A DNA stretch of 55,589 nt from the IMG/VR virus record IMGVR_UViG_3300021090_000026, positions 1 through 55,589 of that record; one strand, 5' to 3'. The first letter of the stretch is position 1, and every line of letters starts with the position of its first letter. Below, in pieces: positions 10,278-19,552 of the stretch. Source of the DNA: a virus (taxonomy: Duplodnaviria; Caudoviricetes). A program made the position numbers and the translations under genes. Below the pieces are notes generated by a model, which made no database searches, was not told the origin of the DNA, and saw nothing but the letters and a program-made list of their open reading frames with translations.

Positions 10278-11066
10278 ATGACTACTATTCCGTTTCTAGA
10301 AGGAAAAAATCCTCTCGACACTCCTGTTAGGACATATGTTTCTAACAGCATGAACACGTCAGCAGTCGATCCTTTTCGTCAAGGAATCGAACTGACGCAG
10401 GACAAACATTTTCAACAGGGAATCGCAAAAATCTGGTCGGGTATGCCAGGGCATGTTGTTGACTTGAACCAATACGGGCAAAGAGACGATGAGATTTTTC
10501 CGAATCAGAGATACTTCGAAGAGATCGCTAAGTTCAATCCTGTGCTCTATTTGACGGACTATTACTCTAACCAGCCCGTCGTCATAGATTCTGCTGTCAA
10601 TACAAACGAACATGGGTTCGACGGAATTATAGAACCCCTGACGATCAGAAAGGTAATAGCGTTCACATCTATCGATGCACCGTTCGAACCACATGGTACG
10701 AAAGCCAACCTAGAAAGTGGAAATTTCAACCTATTCAGAAATGCTGACCAGATCATCAGCAAATACAACTTCAAAGAAGTCTCTCTTGGTGATCATTGGT
10801 ACGAAGACAATGTCGACATGGTCGGTAGTATTCCAACGAACTTGGGATTCTGGCCCACGATTACGACGAGATTGTTAGGATTTGACGACTCTCAAATAAG
10901 GGATGGAGTTATACTTCCTATCTCTGCTAGTTTGGATATGCAGGAAGCTTTGAAAGGCATGCGACCACCGACAGAAAACTATTTGCCCACAAATATTTTC
11001 AGCACCGCGGCTTCCTTATATGATTATCGAGACTGGATCTACCCTGATCCCGTGAAGGTTACGTGA
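10278..11066 (+). CDS. Hypothetical virion-module protein
   Basis: 262-aa ORF coupled within structural operon. Confidence 0.75.
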   Translation: MTTIPFLEGKNPLDTPVRTYVSNSMNTSAVDPFRQGIELTQDKHFQQGIAKIWSGMPGHVVDLNQYGQRDDEIFPNQRYFEEIAKFNPVLYLTDYYSNQPVVIDSAVNTNEHGFDGIIEPLTIRKVIAFTSIDAPFEPHGTKANLESGNFNLFRNADQIISKYNFKEVSLGDHWYEDNVDMVGSIPTNLGFWPTITTRLLGFDDSQIRDGVILPISASLDMQEALKGMRPPTENYLPTNIFSTAASLYDYRDWIYPDPVKVT

Positions 11067-11072
11067 GACTAA

Positions 11073-14006
11073 ATGACGCTTAGGGACATTCGTACTAGAA
11101 AGAGATTACATGAACTCGATCGCACGAAAGCGAGCTATCCCACAGTAGCACGTACAGGAGACAAGAACAGAAATGGGAAATTTCCTCTCGTCTTCGACGA
11201 TACCAACACGGTCATTTTCAAATCAAATGCTTCGATCAGCTATCCCACCACATTCGAAACAGGAAGCAAATACCTTACAAGCGACCTACGAAGCGATATC
11301 ACAATTTTACGAACAGGAACTGTCAATCCATCTGCGGTCGATCCGTGGTTGGTAAGATCGTACACGTCAGAACCGCATGCCGCATTCAACGAAAACAAGA
11401 TTTTCGAATATGATATGCAAAATTCTAAGTTCTTTCTTACGGGATCTAAGAATGAAGATGTGGGGATGGGATTTACATCAAATCTTTCTAGCAAAACTAT
11501 AATTCGTTTTGATCTACCCATGGCATCGAGATATACATTGCTAGACACAACGGCTAGTGCGTACTACTACGACGTCTCTAGCCGAACGTTTGTCAGGATT
11601 CCCAATACGAACCAATATTCACCGGGTGGGGGACTCGGATTTAATGGCGACACTGTGAACCACCCACGAAATATTCCGCAACCTAGAGAAGAACTTCTTT
11701 TTGGACCTTTGGGGAAATATAGTTCGAATGTATTGAACATAGGAACGGTGTTGTCGCAAGCGCCTCCACCCCTGCGAGTTACAGAAGTATTCTTCAACAA
11801 TCTTGCTACAACAAATCTGAATCTAAGCACTACAACACCTAGCGCAAGTCACCAAATTTCTCTCAATACGATGATTAACCAACCATTTCTTCTTGAGAAA
11901 TGTGTTATTGAACTTCCTTTTGAAGCGGGACCTGGATGGTTCAACGACAGGACGATGGTTTCTTGTATCGACGAAAATGTCATTGATCCAGACTACTATA
12001 CAGATATCGGAGGTCCTGCGATCACTGTCGGATTATTCAATTCTTTCGGTACGACAAAAGATCTAATCTTGTCAGCGACTATCGTACCGTCTCCGGACAA
12101 CGTAAAAAGTCTAACTCTAAACAACGTCCACAATCCTCCTTTTTCGTCTTCTATCAGTAGAGTCATTAGAACTCCAAGCGGATTTGCTACCTTTTCGACG
12201 CCTGGTGTTGTTGTTAATCGTCCAAATACAACCACCCAGCAATTCAGCGGATCAGTCAAAATAGAAATTGAACCGTTCGCTTCTACGGGAATTAGCACGT
12301 TATTCCATCGATTAGCACCAGGGTTCGTAGAACAACTGTACTTTAATTCTTCGTTTGAAAGAAGCAGCATCTTCATCCAAACAGTATGTGGAAGAAGTAA
12401 AGTGGGTGGACTAGAAAACCTCACTGGAAGAACAATCTTTGGAAGAACAACCTCTACTCCCTCTTTTGTAGAAATTCCAAATCCAAGCCTTAGCCTTCAC
12501 GTCGCTTCAGGAACATCTGGAGTGAATGAAGACATCGTTTATTACACAACAGAAAAACACTCAAAAGCTCCGTACTTGCTATTTCCGCAAGACAAGTTGT
12601 TTCTGACCTTGTCGAAATATCGATCTGCGTTCGTCAGCTCATCCAATTTTTCTAATCCTCCATCTAGATCCCAAGCGACAAATGAACCAAACGCTTTGTA
12701 TTGGTTCTATCATTCGTCATCTCACGATGTCTCAATTCCCACCGGTACCATTCGGCTTACGCTTTACGGCAGCCTTGTACGAGAGAATTCAGAATTCCAT
12801 GACACGTTGAATTCTCGTCTTGATACCGAACAGATCCATGAGATGATTGGATCAGAACCGATAGTAGACGTGTTCGACGTATTCTATTCTACGGAACTTT
12901 CGGGTTCGACAATCGATCGATTCATGACGGGAAGTATTTTAACTAAAACTAGCCTCGCCCGACAAAGGGTGTTTAGTCTTTCTGGTATCGACGATACCAG
13001 AAAGACCTTGGTGAATGGAGAGAAGGGAGTTCCATTCGACGATGTTTCTTTAAGCAAGATGCTTACTCCTCGTGCTGAAATTGCCACAAATTTCAGAAAT
13101 ATCCAGTGTTCATCTTCCGAAGAAAGATTCTGGGATTCCATGGTCCCTAATATCATTGACATTACACGGATCAACAATGGCACGATTCAAGTGAACAGTT
13201 CTTTCGCTTCCACGCAGGTTTCGAACGAGATCAGCCTAGACACAGAATCAGCATCATGCGACAAAGTTTGGACGAAGTCCTTTCCTTTCGAATCGAAGTA
13301 TTCAACCGTTGCCCGAGTTAATCAGGACAAACTTAGATTCAAAATTTCGAATGATACAGTGTTCAGAAGTGTGGAAAACCAATTCACAATTGGTTTGCGT
13401 CCTGGAGTGGTCGGCGGAAGTCCAGCGGGAACTAACTTTTCTGACACATCACCGGCGAATTTTAGGGACCATAAAGACACGACGGGATATTCCACTCTTC
13501 AAACTGGATTGTTGACAACAGATCTGTTCAAAATCTACTTTGGTATTGGTGATCTCAATACAATGTATTCGTCATCGCTAGGGGCAGGATACATCGGCTC
13601 TACTCAACTCGCGTCATATCGAGTGAAAGCTCACGATCAAACTCAAAACTGGGACTATCTCCACAAACCCCTGATCAGAGGATGGAAATATGGTCTTGCT
13701 TCAGGTTTACCCTTATTCACGAAGGCAGTTTTCGCAAGAAACAGATACGGATTCATGAGAGACATGCTTGAACAAAGAATTGATACGAAATTCTTAGCTC
13801 AAGGAATGAACATTAGAGCAACTGACTCTGTCATTAGGGTCCGCTTCGTAAATTCTAGCGGGGACTCCGTTCGTCCAGAAGAAACATTCTCTTCCAATCT
13901 CAGTTTGGAAGTGACTTCATCTTTGCCGTATTTCGACGACGAAGTTAGAAACAGAGAAGAACCCATTGCATTCGCAAGGGCTAACCAAAGCATCGTGGTG
14001 ATCTGA
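11073..14006 (+). CDS. Large virion structural protein
   Basis: 977 aa, S/T-rich, 'IRGWKYGL..YGFMRDMLEQR' C-terminus; operon context. Confidence 0.75.
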   Translation: MTLRDIRTRKRLHELDRTKASYPTVARTGDKNRNGKFPLVFDDTNTVIFKSNASISYPTTFETGSKYLTSDLRSDITILRTGTVNPSAVDPWLVRSYTSEPHAAFNENKIFEYDMQNSKFFLTGSKNEDVGMGFTSNLSSKTIIRFDLPMASRYTLLDTTASAYYYDVSSRTFVRIPNTNQYSPGGGLGFNGDTVNHPRNIPQPREELLFGPLGKYSSNVLNIGTVLSQAPPPLRVTEVFFNNLATTNLNLSTTTPSASHQISLNTMINQPFLLEKCVIELPFEAGPGWFNDRTMVSCIDENVIDPDYYTDIGGPAITVGLFNSFGTTKDLILSATIVPSPDNVKSLTLNNVHNPPFSSSISRVIRTPSGFATFSTPGVVVNRPNTTTQQFSGSVKIEIEPFASTGISTLFHRLAPGFVEQLYFNSSFERSSIFIQTVCGRSKVGGLENLTGRTIFGRTTSTPSFVEIPNPSLSLHVASGTSGVNEDIVYYTTEKHSKAPYLLFPQDKLFLTLSKYRSAFVSSSNFSNPPSRSQATNEPNALYWFYHSSSHDVSIPTGTIRLTLYGSLVRENSEFHDTLNSRLDTEQIHEMIGSEPIVDVFDVFYSTELSGSTIDRFMTGSILTKTSLARQRVFSLSGIDDTRKTLVNGEKGVPFDDVSLSKMLTPRAEIATNFRNIQCSSSEERFWDSMVPNIIDITRINNGTIQVNSSFASTQVSNEISLDTESASCDKVWTKSFPFESKYSTVARVNQDKLRFKISNDTVFRSVENQFTIGLRPGVVGGSPAGTNFSDTSPANFRDHKDTTGYSTLQTGLLTTDLFKIYFGIGDLNTMYSSSLGAGYIGSTQLASYRVKAHDQTQNWDYLHKPLIRGWKYGLASGLPLFTKAVFARNRYGFMRDMLEQRIDTKFLAQGMNIRATDSVIRVRFVNSSGDSVRPEETFSSNLSLEVTSSLPYFDDEVRNREEPIAFARANQSIVVI

Positions 14007-15058
14007 TGGTTCTTCGAGTTGAAGATATCAAGAAAAATCTCTGGATCATTGTCAAAGATAATCGTAGCGGCGAAGTCCAAACTGTTGTACATCTTAATGA
14101 TACAAAAATCGGAACGACATCTAGTTCTAGGGATTTTGAAGTCACAGGAGAACTAACTTCTAGAGATGTCACAGTTGCAAGAGACATATCTGTCGCCGGT
14201 AGGAGCATGGGGTCTTTAGACTTCGTTCCCATCGTTTCCACAGGAAGGCTGACTCTAACATCTGCTGTTCCCATCACGACTACCGACGTTGTTTCAGGCA
14301 GTACGTTGTACTACACCCCGTCTGCCGGAGCTCAGATCACATTATGGGATGGTTCTGCGTGGAGATTGATTTCTTTCGAAGAAAAATCTCTTCCGGTCAA
14401 CACGTTAGCAGCTAACACCAATGTCGATATCTTCGGATACTTCAACGACACTACACTTAGTTTAGAATACGGAAGTGCTTGGACTAGTAATACATTAAGA
14501 TCAGAGGAAATTAGTCTTTTCAATGGGGTTATGTGTAAAACAACAAACCCAACACGTAGATACATTGGATCTATCAGAACTACCGCATCTGGATTTTTTG
14601 AAGATTCAATCTCTAAGAGATTTGTTTGGAATGCCTACAATCAAGTTCCAAGGATTCTTCAAATTTTTGAATCGACAGATTCATGGACTTATAACACAGC
14701 AGCATTCAGACCCTCGCGCGGCACGACAAATAATTGTTTTGAATACATTGCTGGTGATGTTGCGACCGCTCTTCGTGCGCAAGCTTTTTCGCTGGCGTCA
14801 TGTACAGCTGGGCTTTCGTACGCAGCTTCTGGCATCGGAATAGATTCTACCACAGTGAACAGCGCACAAACGTGGGGAGCAAACGTAACGACCGTAGCAT
14901 TCGTACTAATTTCAACGTATAAAGGATATCTGTCTGCCGGCTATCATACTATTACATGGCTCGAATGTGGTGGTGGTGTTGCCACCCTGTCTTTCTATGG
15001 AGATGTTGGGCAACCTACGTTATACCAGTTTGGGATGTACGGCGAAATTATGGGTTGA
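14006..15058 (+). CDS. Tail fibre/receptor-binding-like protein
   Basis: 'GRLTLTSAVP..TLYYTP..ITLWDG..W', 'RRYIGSIRT' seen in phage fibre proteins; end of tail module. Confidence 0.6.
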   Translation: MVLRVEDIKKNLWIIVKDNRSGEVQTVVHLNDTKIGTTSSSRDFEVTGELTSRDVTVARDISVAGRSMGSLDFVPIVSTGRLTLTSAVPITTTDVVSGSTLYYTPSAGAQITLWDGSAWRLISFEEKSLPVNTLAANTNVDIFGYFNDTTLSLEYGSAWTSNTLRSEEISLFNGVMCKTTNPTRRYIGSIRTTASGFFEDSISKRFVWNAYNQVPRILQIFESTDSWTYNTAAFRPSRGTTNNCFEYIAGDVATALRAQAFSLASCTAGLSYAASGIGIDSTTVNSAQTWGANVTTVAFVLISTYKGYLSAGYHTITWLECGGGVATLSFYGDVGQPTLYQFGMYGEIMG

Positions 15059-15136
15059 AAAAACCCATAAAAATGCCCTCTGGCGTCTGATACATCATAT
15101 CGCGCCATAGCTATTATCTAATAGAGGGACTTCTAA

Positions 15137-15931
15137 ATGAATCGATACGTTACATTGCTTCTGCTTGCCTGGGTTTCTGTCGTCGGAGGGTGCATGCACC
15201 ATACCGAAGTCCGGGTCCCTCTCCCCACCCAGACGAAATCTCAGACAGTGGCCTTGGTAGAAACCATCGAAGGCCACGTTCAGGTGGGTTGCACCGGAGT
15301 GTGGGTCAACGAAGATACGATCCTCACAGCTCGCCACTGCATTGAAGGTTCAGCCAAATTGCACTGGTTGCTCAAGATTGAAGACCCTGTCGACCGATTC
15401 ATCGCGATGTTGACACATCAAGTTCCGGAGTTCGAAGACAAGCAACTCGTTGGAGAAAACGCTTACTACATTGTCGAGAGCGAAGTTACCAACGTGGGAG
15501 AGAATCCGAAGACCACGCATGCTGGGAAGGTCATAGCGGTCAGCAAAGAAAAAGATCTTGCCATCATCAAGACGGTTGGACCTCATCCTGTCCATCTCTC
15601 TGCGGCAATAGTGACATCCGTTCCCGAAACGGGAGCAGATGTTGTAGTCGTCGGCCATACTAGGGGGCTGTACTACACGTACATGAAGGGAACCGTCTCC
15701 AATGTGAGGCAGTCTCTGTCAGATGAGGAAGAGATTTTGGGACCGTACGTCCAGATCATCGCTCCGATCTGGTACGGCAATTCTGGTGGTGGAGCATTTA
15801 CCACGTCGGGGGATCTGATTGGCATCGCATCGTTCATGGTCGAGGCGCCGAACCAAGGATTCTTCATTCACCCAGAAACCATCAGGAAGTTCCTCGAGGC
15901 GAGTAAGATCACGTACAAAGTTTCCCGGTGA
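15137..15931 (+). CDS. Secreted/lipoprotein trypsin-like (S1) serine protease
   Basis: Signal peptide ending 'VGGC'; triad motifs TARHC, DLAII, GNSGG. Confidence 0.9.
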   Translation: MNRYVTLLLLAWVSVVGGCMHHTEVRVPLPTQTKSQTVALVETIEGHVQVGCTGVWVNEDTILTARHCIEGSAKLHWLLKIEDPVDRFIAMLTHQVPEFEDKQLVGENAYYIVESEVTNVGENPKTTHAGKVIAVSKEKDLAIIKTVGPHPVHLSAAIVTSVPETGADVVVVGHTRGLYYTYMKGTVSNVRQSLSDEEEILGPYVQIIAPIWYGNSGGGAFTTSGDLIGIASFMVEAPNQGFFIHPETIRKFLEASKITYKVSR

Positions 15932-16019
15932 ATGACATCAGATCACCTCAAATTCATACCATGTAAAAACCAATGTTTCATGGTATGGAAGGGCCTGGAA
16001 GGCCTTCAGGGTGGCATGG

Positions 16020-16050
16020 TTGACAATCAAAACCTAATTCCTGGTATACT
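16020..16050 (+). promoter_or_regulatory. Possible sigma-70-type promoter TTGACA-N19-TATACT with extended -10 TG
   Basis: Consensus -35, TGG-TATACT; spacer longer than optimal. Confidence 0.4.
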
Positions 16051-16104
16051 CAGATAACCCAAAAATATTTCCGTAGATACAGAAGGTTTGGTAGGTTAAA
16101 GTAC

Positions 16105-16146
16105 AAACGTCCGAGCAGGAGAACCCTGCTCGGACGTTTCGTTTTT
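16105..16146 (+). terminator. Intrinsic terminator between convergent blocks
   Basis: Perfect 15-bp stem aaacgtccgagcagg/cctgctcggacgttt, 5-nt loop, T-rich tail. Confidence 0.8.
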
Positions 16147-16156
16147 CTTGGTGCAG

Positions 16157-16785
16157 CTACTTGATGATGACTCTGTTTCTTCTTTGTTTGTTCATCGTAG
16201 TCATACGTTCACTAAGAGTTTTTCTATGTTCTGGAGACATGCCTCTCGCAAGATGTGTTGTTCTAATAGCTTCTTTAGATTTTTCTGAATGTTTCCAGCC
16301 CTTTCGGGCTCTATTTGCCGCGCGGATTTTTTCTTTACCTTCTGGACTTTGTTCTTTACCAAACCGAGGATTGTTTTCTCCACTAAGCAATTTAGACAAT
16401 AGCATTTTATGTTCAACACTTAGTGCCCCGCGAACGCATCTCAATTTATTTTTTGATTCTTCTGTGTGGTAGTGCCCTTTAAATCCTAAAGAAATCCGAC
16501 CGCCGGGTTCTTGGTTGTATCCTACAGAATAATTTTGACTGTTCAACAGTTTGATCAATACAGTTTCTGTATCGTTAGCTGTTTGTACATTATCACAAAC
16601 AGCAAGTAATTCTATTCGAAGTTGAAATTTTTGTATTTTCGAATTGCGCAGTAAAATCGTCGCTTAAGATCTCTACGAGCAGAATAGAAATGTTCCTGTA
16701 GACGCTTGCGAATTGTTTTCTTTGTTGCGCCAACGTATATTTTTCCATTAGCGACGTTCGTGATCAGGTAAATCGAATAGATCAT
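16157..16785 (-). pseudogene. GIY-YIG/NUMOD3 homing endonuclease split by a -1 frame change
   Basis: 16785-16612 gives 'MIYSIYLITNVANGKIYVG..AIRKYK'; -1 frame continues 'RIELL..GYNQEPGG' plus NUMOD3 repeats to 16157. Confidence 0.75.
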
Positions 16786-17170
16786 TCTTGACAGCCTTTA
16801 TAACTTCAAAAATGACCTCCGGTAAACTATCAGCTAACGTTTTATATACTGGCCATGATTTTCCAATCAATCGAAAACATGTCCCGTACGAAAGACGTCC
16901 TAGTTCTTCGACAACAGAATAGTTCATAGAAGAATAAAAAATCGAACAGTAAAAAAGAGACCAATCACCGATTTTGAGGAACTCAAAAAAATCTCCAGAC
17001 TGGATTGCGTTCGCGTAAGTTAGCACAATAGAGTCTTTCGAAAGATCTTTTGCAGAGGGCTTGTGCATTTCGTAAAGCACATTCGCCACGTACGCACGCA
17101 GCGTCTCGTCGAACGGTGTCGTTCTCAGTACGTGGTAAACCCAATCTTTCGAAGGACAAAAAACCGTCAT
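16748..17170 (-). CDS. Hypothetical protein
   Basis: Helical ORF 'AYVANVL..KIGDWSLF..GRLSY'; start uncertain. Confidence 0.65.
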   Translation of the reverse strand: MTVFCPSKDWVYHVLRTTPFDETLRAYVANVLYEMHKPSAKDLSKDSIVLTYANAIQSGDFFEFLKIGDWSLFYCSIFYSSMNYSVVEELGRLSYGTCFRLIGKSWPVYKTLADSLPEVIFEVIKAVKNDLFDLPDHERR

Positions 17171-17323
17171 GGGGTAGGTCTGCTTGCGCACGAGCACGCG
17201 TATGCGAGAACAGTCGAATTAATCTGAAATTCTTGCGAACGCAATAAAGAAACGAACACGCCCACAACGTAGGCCTTTGTCGTTTCTCGAATCGAAAGTG
17301 GATTTACTATCTGGACGAACCAG

Positions 17324-17653
17324 TCAGTGGATTCCCGAAGAAGGATCACTTTCCTCTTTCTTCGAGTACTGCTTGGTCTTTTTCTCCACGGGTTTTTCTT
17401 CTACTGCTGCCGTGCCCATCGTATTGTCAGGCACGTTTGGTACTACCGTCGCTGGATCGATGCGAACTTGGGTGGGAGCATCGGCCCGTGTATGAGCTTT
17501 CGGTAGAGGGATATCAACCACTCCATCGTTCTTCTCACACCACGCGTGAATTTCATTCAGAGATGTCATTCCCATCTGGGACATCCACTCCTGCAGCGTT
17601 TGCTTTCTCCTTCTCAGGAGCTCTGCCAGTGATGTTTTTGCTTTCCAAACCAT
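17324..17653 (-). CDS. Hypothetical protein
   Basis: 'SLAELLRRRKQTLQEWM' N-terminus, low-complexity C-terminus. Confidence 0.6.
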   Translation of the reverse strand: MVWKAKTSLAELLRRRKQTLQEWMSQMGMTSLNEIHAWCEKNDGVVDIPLPKAHTRADAPTQVRIDPATVVPNVPDNTMGTAAVEEKPVEKKTKQYSKKEESDPSSGIH

Positions 17654-17927
17654 CTTTATACCTATGCGCCTTTTCTAAGAGATCACCCACCGCCGACTGG
17701 AACAGCGAACTCCGAGCCATCTCTTCGATCTGGGACTCTGTCAGATTTGCCCCTGTCGCCTGAGAGAGCTCTCGGGCCATCTTTCTCATGCCCCGCAAGA
17801 GCCAGTTCCTCGCTGAGGAATAGTTCATTTTCCAACCCCGGAGAGCTACTGTCTCCGTAATCCTCTTGAACTCCATCCCATCTCGGTCCGTCACAGTCGA
17901 ATAAGTCTGTCTCTTCTTCACTTTCAT
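17553..17927 (-). CDS. Small HTH protein resembling sigma region 4.2
   Basis: RBS GGAG before ATG; 'GMEFKRITETV..MNYSSARNWLLRGMRKMAREL'. Confidence 0.65.
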   Translation of the reverse strand: MKVKKRQTYSTVTDRDGMEFKRITETVALRGWKMNYSSARNWLLRGMRKMARELSQATGANLTESQIEEMARSSLFQSAVGDLLEKAHRYKDGLESKNITGRAPEKEKANAAGVDVPDGNDISE

Positions 17928-18702
17928 CCACGTCTCCAAGTAAGTTATCATCTGTCATTGGATAAGATGCTGAATCGCTGGGGTCATCGGAAAGACCATA
18001 TCGCAACCTCAGAACGACGCTCTCCTTCGGAGAAAGCTCTTCTTCCATGACCTTCCGAACGATACCCACCAGCTGTTTCTCAGAGATGCAATCGATGGGG
18101 TTCGATCCGAGTGACATGTCCGCAAGCACATCCATCCATCGTTGCTCGTACTCTCCTCCCGATGAAGAACCTGACTTTCTGGGAGCATCGAGAGAAACGA
18201 TGGTTCCACTGGCGTCGTTTGCCGCCTTGACAAGGCGGGTAGAAGCACCGGTGGCGCTGGACAGTTCATCCAGGGTCATGCTATCGTCCTTATCCATCGC
18301 ATTCTTCATCTTCTTGCAAAGACCGACGATGTGAGCGGGCATTCTGACGATTCTCTTGTTCTTCGTAAGATGCTGTCCGATGGCCTGCCTGATCCACCAG
18401 ATAGCGTAGGTGCTGAACCGGAATCCTTTCTTCCAGTCGAAGCGTTCCACGGCTCTCATGAGGCCGATGTTACCTTCTTGGATGATGTCGTCCATGGGGA
18501 TTCCGCGTGTTGCGTACCCCTTGGCGACCGAAATGACCAATCGAAGGTTAGAGTTGATAATCTTCTTGCGTGCGGTGGAAGAACCTTCTTCCATCTCTTG
18601 AAATAGCTTTGTGCTGTCCGCATGAGCGAGAACAGGCCATTTCTTGAGCTCACGCATATACTTCGAGAGAAGGCTCTCGCTTTCAGCGTCTAAGAAACCC
18701 AT
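17683..18702 (-). CDS. RNA polymerase sigma-70 family factor (RpoD/RpoS-like), lacking region 4.2 HTH
   Basis: 'NLRLVISVAK..DIIQEGNIGLMRAVERFD..GFRFSTYAIWWIRQAI..RIVRMP'; 'LSPKESVVLRLRYGL' followed by acidic tail. Confidence 0.92.
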   Translation of the reverse strand: MGFLDAESESLLSKYMRELKKWPVLAHADSTKLFQEMEEGSSTARKKIINSNLRLVISVAKGYATRGIPMDDIIQEGNIGLMRAVERFDWKKGFRFSTYAIWWIRQAIGQHLTKNKRIVRMPAHIVGLCKKMKNAMDKDDSMTLDELSSATGASTRLVKAANDASGTIVSLDAPRKSGSSSGGEYEQRWMDVLADMSLGSNPIDCISEKQLVGIVRKVMEEELSPKESVVLRLRYGLSDDPSDSASYPMTDDNLLGDVDESEEETDLFDCDGPRWDGVQEDYGDSSSPGLENELFLSEELALAGHEKDGPRALSGDRGKSDRVPDRRDGSEFAVPVGGG

Positions 18703-18760
18703 AAGTTACCGATCTAAGTTAAGGTTAGAAACAGATAATCACTCTTGCGAGTGAAGTACA

Positions 18761-18925
18761 CTACTGTGATCGTTGTTTACGATCTACAATGATTAGCAAT
18801 ATTCCTGCAACGAAGGCAAGAGTCGAGAACACGATCCATGAAACTACATTCGAAGTCGTAAGCGCAACAATCCCAGATAGAACAACGAGTACAGCTAACG
18901 CGTTCATCCACCTGGGATTGGGCAT
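18761..18925 (-). CDS. Small two-TM membrane protein
   Basis: Two hydrophobic segments, basic C-terminus. Confidence 0.55.
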   Translation of the reverse strand: MPNPRWMNALAVLVVLSGIVALTTSNVVSWIVFSTLAFVAGILLIIVDRKQRSQ

Positions 18926-19035
18926 GATTAAGAACCTTTTAGAACACGTGCACTGATGACGACCACAAACATGAGAAGTGCTCCGATTGTCAAGCCTGCA
19001 AAAAACCACTCTCTCACGATAGCAGTTTCACACAT

Positions 19036-19365
19036 TTAGTTCCACCAGCGCTTAGGCGGAGGTTCGGGTTTGTACTCTGGAAGATGGTGTTCTCTCAAGT
19101 ACTCTTGCCGATCCTCTTCGGTGCAACGCTGTTGATACGCGTAATGGGCGTACCCTCTCGCATCTCTCACCTGGTACTCGCGCTGCAAGTAGCAGAAATC
19201 CATCTCAAGATGGAGGGCATAGTCTCCTCGAGACCTAATCCGTTCGATTTCTGAATGAAGACGATCTAACCTCATGCGAAGGTCATCGTCCGACATCATG
19301 ATGATTTCGTCGACAGTGATGCAGTCCGTCTTCGTGATCGGTCTGCGAAGCTTCTTCTTGTCCAT
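19036..19365 (-). CDS. Hypothetical coiled-coil protein
   Basis: 109-aa ORF downstream of a predicted promoter. Confidence 0.7.
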   Translation of the reverse strand: MDKKKLRRPITKTDCITVDEIIMMSDDDLRMRLDRLHSEIERIRSRGDYALHLEMDFCYLQREYQVRDARGYAHYAYQQRCTEEDRQEYLREHHLPEYKPEPPPKRWWN

Positions 19366-19421
19366 GGACTAAGAACCGTTGCGCTAAGTGGTCAGGGGAA
19401 ATCCCCAACCTTCTAAGTTAG

Positions 19422-19450
19422 AATGTACATTTTTTTGCGTACTATTGCAA
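19422..19450 (-). promoter_or_regulatory. Promoter TTGCAA-N17-TACATT
   Basis: 17-nt spacer; twin at 26785-26813. Confidence 0.6.
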
Positions 19451-19552
19451 ATTTTTGAAATCAATAAGATGTTAATGTTGGTGAAAATCGATCTTAGCAA
19501 ACATCATAATGATATCGTACGTTTATACATCGATGAAAATCTATCTCTTCAA

